Origin: an uncultured Clostridia bacterium
GTDB lineage: Bacteria > Bacillota > Clostridia > TANB77 > CAG-508
NCBI GenBank assembly: GCA_947168035.1
Contig: CAMVKF010000002.1
Coordinates: forward strand, 1 to 40,872
Length of the DNA stretch: 40,872 nt
Reading direction: 5' to 3'
Below the pieces are notes generated by a model. The model saw only the letters and a program-made list of their open reading frames with translations, was not told the DNA's origin and ran no database searches. Made by a program: the position numbers and the translations under genes. This document shows positions 1 to 8,953 of the stretch, piece by piece (the first letter of the stretch is position 1; each line of letters begins with the position of its first letter).

Positions 1-630
1 AATTGTTATTGTAGCAAATAATACTACTGCAGCTATATCTATTTGTCCATATAAGAAGCTAATAAATCTATCCATAATAGAAAGATTTGAAAAACTATTT
101 ACTAAATATGGTAACCAAGTTGCTGCAAAGACAAATCCAAATGTTAATATTCCCGCAATTATTGGAGATTCTGTAAGGCTTGAAGATAATATTCCAAATG
201 ATATATATGCACAAGAAAGTAGTAAAAATCCAAACATCGAGGTTAAAAATATTAGAAAATCAGGAACTTGAAAATAACATAAAATTCCATAATACATAAA
301 TGTTCCAATAGTTGGTATTAAAATCAAACTAAATGCTGCTAAGAATTTAGCAAGCACAACCCCTACCATACTTACAGGTGATGTAAGAAGTAATATTTCT
401 GTTCCTGATTTTCTCTCTCCTGAAAATGTCCACATTGTAAGAATTGGTATAATAAACATTAATCCATATTGTGCAACATAATAAAATACATATATTAAAT
501 CTATACTTGAACTTTCTATTGTAGTTAGGTAAAAGAAACTACTACATGCAATTAAAAATATACCTATAACAACATACCCTATTGGTGACAAAAAATAATT
601 TTTAAATTCTTTTTTTATAACTGCACCCAT
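1..630 (-). CDS. ABC-2 type transporter permease, partial (C-terminal end lies beyond the window edge)
   Basis: The minus-strand frame is open from the ATG at 628-630 (MGAVIKKEFKNYFLSPIGYVVIGIFL...) to position 1. The translation is a series of hydrophobic helices. Its ATG overlaps the TAA of the upstream ATPase gene (taatg), typical ABC operon coupling. Confidence 0.75.
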   Translation of the reverse strand, partial: MGAVIKKEFKNYFLSPIGYVVIGIFLIACSSFFYLTTIESSSIDLIYVFYYVAQYGLMFIIPILTMWTFSGERKSGTEILLLTSPVSMVGVVLAKFLAAFSLILIPTIGTFMYYGILCYFQVPDFLIFLTSMFGFLLLSCAYISFGILSSSLTESPIIAGILTFGFVFAATWLPYLVNSFSNLSIMDRFISFLYGQIDIAAVVLFATITI

Positions 631-1574
631 TATTTAGTTCCTCCTTCTTTAATAATTTTCATAAATGCATCTTCTAAAGTTGCATCTAGTTTTTTCATTT
701 CAAGAATAACTATATTTTCTTTTGCAAATTCGCTAAATACTACTTTATTTAAATTAACATCATCTTGACCTTTTATTTCAAATTGTTTTGTACCATCTTC
801 ATTAGTTTTTATTAAATTGATATCTATTACACCTGGAATTTTATTTTTTAATGTTTCTACTTTTTGTTCATTATCTTCAACTGTAACATAAATAACATTA
901 TTTGTAGATACTTTCTTTTCAAGGTTATCTGGAGTATCTATTGCTACTATTTTTCCTTTATTTATTATTATTACTCTATCACATATTTGGCTTACTTCTG
1001 AAAGAATATGTGAACTAAGTATTACAGTATGTTTTTTACCTAAATCTTTAATTAAACTCCTTATTTCTGTAATTTGTTTTGGATCTAAACCTACTGTTGG
1101 CTCATCAAGTATTAAAATTTTAGGGTCTGCAACTAATGTTCCTGCTAAACTAACTCTTTGTTTTTGCCCTCTTGAAAGGTTTTTAATTAATTTATTTTGC
1201 ATTACATCTAGCCCTGTTTCCTTAAGAACTTTTTGTACTCTTTCTTTTTTAACCTTTCTATTTACCTTTCTAAGCTCAGCCATATAGTTTACAAATTCTT
1301 TAACTGTTAAATCGACATATAATGGCACATTTTCTGGCATATACCCAATTTCACCTTTTGACTTTTTAGCTTTTTTTACAGTGTCAAATCCATTTACAAG
1401 AACATGACCCTCAGTTTGTTCAATAAAACCTGTTATAATGTTCATTGTTGTACTTTTTCCAGCACCATTTGGTCCTAAAAAACCAACTACCTCACCATCA
1501 TTAATTGTAAAGCTTATATCATCTAGTGCCGTAAAACTTCCGTATTTTTTAGTGATGTTTTTTACCTCAATCAC
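630..1574 (-). CDS. ABC transporter ATP-binding protein
   Basis: 314-aa ORF with Walker A GPNGAGKST, ABC signature LSRGQKQR and Walker B ILILDEPT. The GTG start is preceded by aaggaggga. Confidence 0.95.
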   Translation of the reverse strand: MIEVKNITKKYGSFTALDDISFTINDGEVVGFLGPNGAGKSTTMNIITGFIEQTEGHVLVNGFDTVKKAKKSKGEIGYMPENVPLYVDLTVKEFVNYMAELRKVNRKVKKERVQKVLKETGLDVMQNKLIKNLSRGQKQRVSLAGTLVADPKILILDEPTVGLDPKQITEIRSLIKDLGKKHTVILSSHILSEVSQICDRVIIINKGKIVAIDTPDNLEKKVSTNNVIYVTVEDNEQKVETLKNKIPGVIDINLIKTNEDGTKQFEIKGQDDVNLNKVVFSEFAKENIVILEMKKLDATLEDAFMKIIKEGGTK

Positions 1575-1611
1575 AAAAGCTCCCTCCTTATTCTTTCATT
1601 TAATTTTTTTT

Positions 1612-1640
1612 ATATTATCATTTATATTTTTCAAAGTAAA
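1612..1640 (-). promoter_or_regulatory. Putative sigma70-type promoter of the ABC operon (TTTACT-17-TAATAT)
   Basis: Hexamers read on the minus strand with a 17-nt spacer, about 40 nt upstream of the GTG start. A tandem ttttgtgaaa repeat lies just upstream. Confidence 0.4.
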
Positions 1641-1679
1641 TATATTTCACAAAATTTTCACAAAAAGATAGATTTTTAC

Positions 1680-1708
1680 TTGACTTTATTTAAATTTTAT
1701 GTTATTAT
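1680..1708 (+). promoter_or_regulatory. Putative promoter of tRNA-Arg (TTGACT-17-TATTAT)
   Basis: -35 TTGACT at 1680-1685, a 17-nt spacer and -10 TATTAT at 1703-1708, about 20 nt upstream of the tRNA 5' end. Confidence 0.5.
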
Positions 1709-1728
1709 ATTTTTTGTTGAAACTTTAT

Positions 1729-1805
<77 letters not shown>

Positions 1806-1813
1806 AGTATTTC

Positions 1814-1835
1814 AAGCCTTTCGGGGCTTTTTTAT
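1814..1835 (+). terminator. Rho-independent terminator after tRNA-Arg
   Basis: aagcc-tttcgg-ggctt stem-loop followed by a T-run. Confidence 0.65.
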
Positions 1836-2191
1836 TTTCTAAAAATTCCAATATCTAAAAAAACATCTAAAAAAAATAAATTTGCAAATAATTAAAATGT
1901 TTATTTATCATTATATTTTTACTTTTTAGACTTCTAAAAAATTTCCTTTTAAATTTTTATTGCAAAAAAGTCAAGTGATTCGTTGCAAATTAGTCGAAGA
2001 CTAATTATAGATAATTCCACTTAATCAACCAAGTCCAATGAATTCTTTGATTTTCTGTCGCTTTTTTTGAAAATAAAAATTTGTTTTCACTTTGTATTGT
2101 GAAATTCAAATTCTCAAAATCTTTCCTATAATGTAAAAAGAATGAAAATACAATAATACTTTCCATTCTTTATCTTAGTTTTTACCTTTTA

Positions 2192-3022
2192 CTAGTAGCT
2201 TGTCCAATAATAATATAAAATATTTTTATCCATATCATAAACTCCTATTTCATAGCCAGTTGCTTCATCTTCTGTAAAATTTTTCTTCTTATTTTCATCA
2301 CTTGTTCTACATACTAATTCATAATAATAATATCCATTTTTAATAGAATTTACTTCTTCATTATATTTAAAACTACTTAATTTCTTATCATCCAATCTAT
2401 CTTTACTCCATTTTGTATTATTTTCTAATTTTTCTATTATTCCTTTTCCTTTTTCTTCCGTGAATTCATATACATAATAATCTGTTCCATCAAATTGTAG
2501 TCCACCTCTTACATCATAAACTTCTCTAAGTTTATAATCCTTAGTGTTTATGCCTAAAATATCGCTAAGTTCTCGTTCTGAAGTTTGAAGGAGATTTTTG
2601 TAAAAATATATTTTTGCATTTTTTGCATCATAAATTCCATATTTTCCATCGTGATTATAGTAGTATAAGTTTTCTCTATCTAGTTCGATTTTTTCATCTC
2701 CTATTTGTTCATAAAATTTCATCATCATATATTCATAAAATTTGTTTTTATTCCATAGATTACTGTTATCGATTTGTTCTTTAACTCTGTCTCTACTATC
2801 TCCTTTATAATAATTATTTAATTTATACACTTTATATGTTCCAAATTTATCTTCATAATATACTGTATAATATTCGATATCATAATCTTTTATATCTATT
2901 CCTAATTGTTGATAATCTGTATCTGTTTTTATAGAATTAAAAAAAATTGTTATTATAATTGCTAAAAAACTTGTTGCTATTACTATTAAAAATATTAATA
3001 TTGTATATTTAGTGTTCTTCAT
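2192..3022 (-). CDS. Hypothetical membrane-anchored Tyr-rich protein
   Basis: 276-aa ORF with an N-terminal TM helix (YTILIFLIVIATSFLAIIITIFF). Its ATG overlaps the stop of the upstream gene (atga), implying translational coupling. I recognise no family. Confidence 0.65.
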   Translation of the reverse strand: MKNTKYTILIFLIVIATSFLAIIITIFFNSIKTDTDYQQLGIDIKDYDIEYYTVYYEDKFGTYKVYKLNNYYKGDSRDRVKEQIDNSNLWNKNKFYEYMMMKFYEQIGDEKIELDRENLYYYNHDGKYGIYDAKNAKIYFYKNLLQTSERELSDILGINTKDYKLREVYDVRGGLQFDGTDYYVYEFTEEKGKGIIEKLENNTKWSKDRLDDKKLSSFKYNEEVNSIKNGYYYYELVCRTSDENKKKNFTEDEATGYEIGVYDMDKNILYYYWTSY

Positions 3023-4122
3023 ATAATCACCTTCATTTCATCAACTTTATATGAATCCAGATGAAATATCAACTTTACATCAAATATTTTTATAACCCCA
3101 TATTTACTTGAAGCAACACCTAAGTTATTTAAAGTAGTGGCGAATATATCCATCAGTATCTTTTCTTTTTCATCTACATATTCTTTCAAACTTTTAAATT
3201 CAGTAAAATCATATGTATCATTTATTTCTATATCTAAATTCCAAGTATTATCTTCATTTTTTATTCCATTAATAAGTATTGTAGCTTTATGAAGAGCTAA
3301 TAGTAAGTCAGCATCTTCAAATTTTATTACTTTAATATCCGTATTTTCATAGTCTTGTGAATTTATTTTCCCCTCTTTACCATAGTTATTAAGTATTTCA
3401 TGAATTTTTTCTTTGAATATCTTACTTTCTGTTATTGAATTTATAGTTTCTTCATCATCTATAATTAAATCATCTGGTTCCTTTCGAAATGGTGCTAATG
3501 AATTGTTTAATAATCTTGCAGAAAGTTTCATATCAGCTAGTAGTCCACCAATCACAATTATTTGCCAAAATTGGTATTGCATCCAATAAAATGCTCTATA
3601 AAGAATTGGATTTGACATTTTAGTTTCATCAAATATAAAACTCAATTTTTCTATAAATTCTTTTGCTAATTTTTCATCTAATTCCTTCCAATTTATATTC
3701 TGAAAATTTGCTATTAAGTCATTAAACTTTTGCCAATAATTATAAAGTTTATATATATCATTTAAGCTAAACGATATTGTTTCTATAACATTTTTTGAAA
3801 ATATTGAAATATTATTAATATCATTTTTTATTTGTTCTTTAATGTCATCTAAAAAATTGCATTCCATTTTATTTAAATAACTTAAAGCTATATATTTTTG
3901 TGTTAAATTATATTTTTGATTTCTATTAAGGAATAATTTATGATTTCTCCATGCGATTCTAGTACATAAATATAGTTCTTTATTCCAAATAAATCTAGGT
4001 GATTTACTAATTCTCAATAGACTATACATATTATCCAAACATACTCTGCCAAACATAGAATATTTATAACTATATGGTTTATTACATAGTACACATCTTT
4101 TTTCTTCTATTTTCTTTTCCAT
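3019..4122 (-). CDS. Hypothetical protein with an N-terminal Cys cluster (CVLCN...VC)
   Basis: 367-aa ORF overlapping the downstream gene by 4 nt. I recognise no family. Confidence 0.65.
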   Translation of the reverse strand: MEKKIEEKRCVLCNKPYSYKYSMFGRVCLDNMYSLLRISKSPRFIWNKELYLCTRIAWRNHKLFLNRNQKYNLTQKYIALSYLNKMECNFLDDIKEQIKNDINNISIFSKNVIETISFSLNDIYKLYNYWQKFNDLIANFQNINWKELDEKLAKEFIEKLSFIFDETKMSNPILYRAFYWMQYQFWQIIVIGGLLADMKLSARLLNNSLAPFRKEPDDLIIDDEETINSITESKIFKEKIHEILNNYGKEGKINSQDYENTDIKVIKFEDADLLLALHKATILINGIKNEDNTWNLDIEINDTYDFTEFKSLKEYVDEKEKILMDIFATTLNNLGVASSKYGVIKIFDVKLIFHLDSYKVDEMKVII

Positions 4123-4170
4123 ATCAACATCTCTTTTCTTTATTAATTTTTAAATTAATTATCCTTCTTA

Positions 4171-5376
4171 TCAGTTGATTACACTAGAAATTGGTATTAT
4201 GTAATTATTATCATCTAATTTCATCAACTTATCATATAAGCAAATTATTCCTCCAATACCTAATTTCATATTTACCTTCTCTAAATGTCTAAAATTTTTT
4301 ATCATGTCTTTTCTTGGATTTGCTGTTTTCTTTATTTCTAATGGATATAATGTATTATTTTTAAATAGTATAAGATCTATTTCTTCTGTTTCTTTATTTC
4401 TGAAATGAGATATTTCTAAATTTATTCCTTTATTGTCATATGATTTTATTAATTCTGATACTACATATGATTCAAAAAAATGTCCTGATATTTCACTTAA
4501 TTGTAGTGTTTTTGCATTTTCCCAGTTTGCTAGATAACATGCTAAACCACTATCCATAAATATTATTTTAGGCATATGAGTTAGTCTTTTTAATTTGTTT
4601 GAAGAATATGGCTCTAATAAATATATAATTCCAGTACTAACCAATATAGAAACCCAATCTTTTATCGTATTTACTGCAACTCCTACATCTTTTGCTATAT
4701 CTGAATAATTTAATGTTGTACCTGTTCTAATTGCAATATCTCTCATAAATTGTTTAAAACTTTCAATATTTCCTATATTTTTAATCTTCTTTATATCTTT
4801 TTCTATGTATGTATTTATATATGAATAATAAAAATCATTTCTATCCATATCTTCTATATCATATAGTTCAGGCATTCCACCATTAAAAATTCTTTCAAAT
4901 ATTTCATTAACATCTATGTATTCCTTTTGTTTTAATTTCTGTGGATCAAAAATTTCTTTTTCATAATTTTGTAAAATCTCACTATATGTAAAACTATTCA
5001 TTTTTACAATTCCAGCTCTTCCTGCTAATGATTCTGTAACATTTTTCATTAAATCAAATAGTTGTGAACCTGATAGCCAATATTGTCCTCTTTCTTTATT
5101 TTTATCTACTTTCATTTTTATGTATGGAAATAATTGCGGTGCATATTGAACTTCATCAATAAACAATGGAGTAGGATATGAATCTAAAAATATTTTTGGA
5201 TTTTCCTGTGCTTCTTTTCTTAAAGTTTCATCATCTAATGAAACTTTTGTCATATTCTCTGGCATCATGCTTTCTAATAATGTAGTTTTGCCGACTTGTC
5301 TTGGACCAGTGACAACTAAAACTCTAAATGTATTATTAATTTTTTCTATTCTTTCTTTAACTTCTCTATCATACAT
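4171..5376 (-). CDS. AAA+ ATPase of the AAA_14/DUF4143 (COG1373-like) type
   Basis: 401-aa ORF with Walker A GPRQVGKTTL and Walker B-like LFIDEVQ. The overall layout matches the widespread stand-alone ATPase with a DUF4143 C-terminus. An RBS (aagaggaag) precedes the ATG. Confidence 0.8.
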   Translation of the reverse strand: MYDREVKERIEKINNTFRVLVVTGPRQVGKTTLLESMMPENMTKVSLDDETLRKEAQENPKIFLDSYPTPLFIDEVQYAPQLFPYIKMKVDKNKERGQYWLSGSQLFDLMKNVTESLAGRAGIVKMNSFTYSEILQNYEKEIFDPQKLKQKEYIDVNEIFERIFNGGMPELYDIEDMDRNDFYYSYINTYIEKDIKKIKNIGNIESFKQFMRDIAIRTGTTLNYSDIAKDVGVAVNTIKDWVSILVSTGIIYLLEPYSSNKLKRLTHMPKIIFMDSGLACYLANWENAKTLQLSEISGHFFESYVVSELIKSYDNKGINLEISHFRNKETEEIDLILFKNNTLYPLEIKKTANPRKDMIKNFRHLEKVNMKLGIGGIICLYDKLMKLDDNNYIIPISSVIN

Positions 5377-5402
5377 TTTTTCTTCCTCTTTCTTTTTTAT
5401 AT

Positions 5403-5431
5403 ATTTTAAATCATTATTGCAAAAAAGTCAA
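5403..5431 (-). promoter_or_regulatory. Putative promoter of the island cassette (TTGACT-17-TAAAAT) embedded in TTGCAA-containing repeats
   Basis: Read on the minus strand: ccTTGACTtttttgcaataatgattTAAAATat, about 25 nt upstream of the ATPase ATG. The module tattgcaaaaaagtca is tandemly duplicated here and recurs at 1958-1995. Confidence 0.5.
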
Positions 5432-5918
5432 GGTATTTATTGCAAAAAAGTCATATAGTTTGTTGCAAATTAGTCAGAAAACCTTTTCAAATATTGAATA
5501 TGTATATACCATATTCGATTAACTAAGAAATATTTTAAGGTAAGTGTAGGAATATGTTAAAATTTTCCTGCATTTACCTATTTTTGTTTTTAATATAGTA
5601 TACTATTCATGTGCAAAGTGCTAAAAACCTCCTTTCAAAAAAATTTTTATAATCTTTAAAATGTTGTAATCAGTAAGCAACCAACGATTTTAAATATCTA
5701 AAAATTTTATTATATTATACACCTTTTTGATTAATTTTCTAAGATTTTTTTTGAAAATATCTAAAAAATATCTAAAAAATTTAAAACTTTTTTTAATTTT
5801 TCATATACTAAAACATCAGTATTTCTTAATTGTTAAAACTAAGAATGCCTTAGTTTTCTAAGTAAAGACTAACATTTATTAAAACTAATTAATACTAATT
5901 AACAGTTAGGTTCACTAA

Positions 5919-5963
<45 letters not shown>

Positions 5964-5967
5964 CAAC

Positions 5968-6000
5968 AGTCTTATACGAAAAAGTATAAGGCTTTTTTTA
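5968..6000 (+). terminator. Rho-independent terminator after the tRNA remnant
   Basis: agtcttatac-gaaaaa-gtataaggct stem (one mismatch) followed by ttttttt. Confidence 0.6.
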
Positions 6001-6050
6001 TTTCAATTATATTTACACAATATTTGCAAAACTATCATTTCACAATCAAA

Positions 6051-6132
6051 AGTGAAGAATGAAAAATAATAGTGAATAGTCAAATATAGCTTAAAAAAGC
6101 ACATATGTACTACTCACTATTTGTTTTTCACT
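6051..6132 (-). terminator. Long imperfect GTGA-rich hairpin directly after the guaD stop (terminator-like)
   Basis: Arms agtgaagaatgaaaaataatagtgaatagt (6051-6080) and actactcactatttgtttttcact (6109-6132) are imperfectly complementary. On the minus strand the hairpin is followed by ttttgattg. Confidence 0.4.
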
Positions 6133-6133
6133 C

Positions 6134-6610
6134 CTAATATATAATTTTATCACTTTTTTTCAGAAAACTATTAAATGTTTTTATTGTTTCTTCTCTATCC
6201 ATACTTTCTAACTCTAAAACGCTTTTGTCATCATCTTTTTCTATTAATTTTTTTATATAACTATATATAAAATCGTCCCTAAACCCAATGTTTGCGGCAT
6301 CTTCTTTAGTATTTCCATAATATACTTTTTTTATATTTGACCAAATAATTGCAGATAAACACATAGGGCAAGGATAACAAGAAACATAAAATTCGCAACC
6401 ACTTAAATCATAAGTATTTAAATTTTTACAAGCATCTCTTATTGCCATTATTTCTGCATGAGCTGTAGGATCATTATTGCTTAAAACATGATTTGAACCT
6501 TTACCAATAATTTTTCCATCCTTTACAATACATGCTCCAAAAGGCCCTCCGACATTCGTTTTTAAATTATCTTCTGATAATTTTTTTGCTATTTCCATAT
6601 ATTTATTCAT
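6134..6610 (-). CDS. guaD: Guanine deaminase (CMP/dCMP-type zinc deaminase fold)
   Basis: 158 aa with GGPFGACIVKDGKIIGKGSNHV...DPTAHAEIMAIRDAC...CYPCPMCLSAIIW. By recall, this aligns closely along its length with Bacillus subtilis GuaD. Confidence 0.8.
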   Translation of the reverse strand: MNKYMEIAKKLSEDNLKTNVGGPFGACIVKDGKIIGKGSNHVLSNNDPTAHAEIMAIRDACKNLNTYDLSGCEFYVSCYPCPMCLSAIIWSNIKKVYYGNTKEDAANIGFRDDFIYSYIKKLIEKDDDKSVLELESMDREETIKTFNSFLKKSDKIIY

Positions 6611-6841
6611 ACATCAATCTCCTATAATTTCTAAATTTGCAAATGATAAATCTATAAATACATTATTCCTTATTTACCTTTGCTAATTTTTTTATAATTA
6701 ATAACGTACTATATTTTAGCATAAAAGCATTCTTTTTTACAAGCTTTTTTCAAATTTCACTATATTTTTATTAAATAATCTTGTATATTTTTTTCAAATA
6801 TGATATATTAAAATTACAAAAATTTTTGGAGGCTAGAGCAA

Positions 6842-7582
6842 GTGGAAGAGGAATGGAAAGATAAAAAAACAATTTTGGTTGTTGATGATGAAAAAATGAT
6901 TTTAAACTTATTAGAACATCATCTATTAAAAGAAGGCTATAATGTTATAGAAGCTACTGATGGAGTAGAGGCTATTAATATAGCTCAAGAAAAAAAACCT
7001 GATTTAATATTATTAGATGTTATGATTCCAAAATTAGATGGTTTAACAGTATGTAAAAGAATAAAAAATATAATGAATGTTCCTATACTTATGGTAACAG
7101 CTAAAGGTGAAGAGTTAGATAAAATTCTAGGCTTAGAACTTGGAGCTGATGACTATATAACTAAGCCATTTAGTATAAGAGAATTAGTTGCGAGAGTAAA
7201 AGCAAATCTAAGAAAAGCTGACGTATCAATTAAAGCTTTAGATGAAAAAAATGCTCCTGAGCCAAAAGATATTAAAAAAACAAATATTATAGAAACTGGC
7301 TGTTTAATACTTGATCTAGATAGATACGAAGTTACAGTAAATGGTAAAATTGTAGACCTTACATTAAGAGAATTTGAAGTATTAAAATATTTGGCAACAG
7401 AGCCTGGACAAGTTGTAACAAGAGAAACCTTACTTGAAAAAGTTTGGGGCTATGAATATTATGGAGATATAAGAACTGTAGATGTTACAGTAAGACGTAT
7501 CAGAGAAAAAATAGAAAAAGATACCTCAAACCCAAAAATTCTAATTACCAAAAGAAGTGTGGGCTATTATTTAGCTACTTAA
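6842..7582 (+). CDS. OmpR/PhoB-family response regulator (no adjacent histidine kinase)
   Basis: Receiver domain (ILVVDDE...DLILLDVMIPKLDG...TAKG) plus a winged-helix C-terminus (LTLREFEVLKYL...VDVTVRRIREKIE). The GTG start is 8 nt after ggagg. Confidence 0.9.
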   Translation: MEEEWKDKKTILVVDDEKMILNLLEHHLLKEGYNVIEATDGVEAINIAQEKKPDLILLDVMIPKLDGLTVCKRIKNIMNVPILMVTAKGEELDKILGLELGADDYITKPFSIRELVARVKANLRKADVSIKALDEKNAPEPKDIKKTNIIETGCLILDLDRYEVTVNGKIVDLTLREFEVLKYLATEPGQVVTRETLLEKVWGYEYYGDIRTVDVTVRRIREKIEKDTSNPKILITKRSVGYYLAT

Positions 7583-7601
7583 AATTAAACCAAATATTTA
7601 T

Positions 7602-7690
7602 TGAGGTGAAATGTGTGAAGTGAGATGTGCGAGGTATGATTTATATATAAAATATCATTTCTCATATCTCACTTCCTACTTCTCACCTCA
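7602..7690 (+). terminator. Long imperfect GTGA-rich palindrome after the response regulator gene (terminator-like)
   Basis: tgaggtgaaatgtgtgaagtgagatgtgcgaggtatgat ... atcatttctcatatctcacttcctacttctcacctca, followed by tatatttattt. Confidence 0.4.
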
Positions 7691-7754
7691 TATATTTATT
7701 TAACGGTTATAAACTAGATGTGAACAATAACCTTTAGAAAGGAATAATAGAAAA

Positions 7755-8291
7755 ATGAATATTATAAAAAAAGAAAACGGAATAACTCTTGTTGCATTAT
7801 CAGTAACAATAATTGTTTTAATAATTCTAGCTAGCATTACATTAACTGAAGGAAATTCCCTTATAAAAAAAGCTAGAATAGAAAGTGTTATAACTAATTT
7901 GATTACAATAAAGTCTAGAGCTAAAGTTCTAACAGAAGAAGCTAATAGCGAAGTTTGGTCTATGACCGGAACAGAAAAAGAACAAAAATTAATTGACCTT
8001 TTTACAATCGAAAAATATAAAATGACTATGCTTACTACCAGTTTATCTAGTGACCAAATTGAGCAACTAGATTCAGCATTTACTAATCCAGCAAATTTAC
8101 ATTGTTATTCATTAACAAAAGATACTATAGATATAATGGCATTACCTGAAACTGACTCTCCTGGTGAATATATATTAGTATTTGATAAATCAAATTATGA
8201 TACAATGGATATTATATACAACCCCGGTATTGAATATGAAGGTCAAATTTTATATAGTCTTTCATATATGAAATCAATAATGGGAGAATAA
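7755..8291 (+). CDS. Prepilin-type N-terminal domain protein (pseudopilin-like)
   Basis: The N-terminus MNIIKKENG-ITLVALSVTIIVLIILASI resembles the Firmicutes class of type IV pilin-like leaders. The canonical Glu at +5 is absent. Confidence 0.65.
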   Translation: MNIIKKENGITLVALSVTIIVLIILASITLTEGNSLIKKARIESVITNLITIKSRAKVLTEEANSEVWSMTGTEKEQKLIDLFTIEKYKMTMLTTSLSSDQIEQLDSAFTNPANLHCYSLTKDTIDIMALPETDSPGEYILVFDKSNYDTMDIIYNPGIEYEGQILYSLSYMKSIMGE

Positions 8292-8307
8292 AGGTTTAAA
8301 AATAATT

Positions 8308-8937
8308 ATGAAAGAAAAAGAAGAAACAAGACTACTTGAATTAAAAAAAATAGAAAATGAGTTATATAAACAAAATATAAAATTAATTGCTGGAATAGAT
8401 GAAGCAGGTCGTGGACCACTTGCAGGCCCTGTTGTTGTAGCATGTGTAATATTAGATAAAAATTCTATGATAGAAGGCGTAAATGACTCCAAAAAAATTT
8501 CAGAAAATAAAAGAGAAAAACTATATGAAATAATTACAAATGAGGCTATTAGTTATGGAGTTGGCATAGTTACACAAGAAGCGATAGATGAAATAAATAT
8601 TTTGCAAGCAACAAAAAAGGCTTTAACAGATGCTATTTTAAAAATGGATACAAAACCAAATTTAATTTTGGTAGATGCTTTAACTGGTATAGACACTTTA
8701 GGTATTCCCTATAATTCTATAATAAAAGGTGATGCTAAATGCTATTCTATTGCGGCAGCTTCCATTATCGCTAAAGTTACAAGGGATAGAATTATGCGCG
8801 AATATGATAAAATGTACCCAGAATATGGCTTTACATCACATAAAGGCTATGGTACAGCTAAGCACATAGAAGCTATTAAAAAATATGGGCTTTGCCCAAT
8901 ACACAGAAGGTCTTTTGTAAAAAACATATGTATCTGA
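8308..8937 (+). CDS. rnhB: Ribonuclease HII
   Basis: IAGIDEAGRGPLAGPVV catalytic motif, 209 aa, TGA stop. Confidence 0.95.
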   Translation: MKEKEETRLLELKKIENELYKQNIKLIAGIDEAGRGPLAGPVVVACVILDKNSMIEGVNDSKKISENKREKLYEIITNEAISYGVGIVTQEAIDEINILQATKKALTDAILKMDTKPNLILVDALTGIDTLGIPYNSIIKGDAKCYSIAAASIIAKVTRDRIMREYDKMYPEYGFTSHKGYGTAKHIEAIKKYGLCPIHRRSFVKNICI

Positions 8938-8953
8938 AAGGATTTTATAGTTA

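Larger units (their letters stand above)
1806..5918. mobile_element. Putative tRNA-Arg-integrated genomic island with no integrase (about 4.1 kb)
   Basis: It is bounded by the intact tRNA and an identical 45-nt duplicate of its 3' half in direct orientation. It has three minus-strand cargo genes and long non-coding arms carrying repeated motifs. No recombinase ORF is present in any frame of the ORF track. Confidence 0.55.

Noticed and set aside
1853-5779. atctaaaaaa tandem units considered as a possible degenerate CRISPR or mini-array.
   Set aside because: The units are only 11-12 nt and directly abutting, with no spacers. There are 2 units per site and no cas genes, so this is not a CRISPR architecture.
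1806-5918. Searched the island for an integrase or recombinase, or a pseudogenised one.
   Set aside because: No ORF in the six-frame track and no obvious open stretch in the arms resembles a tyrosine or serine recombinase. I cannot exclude short fossil fragments without a translated database search.
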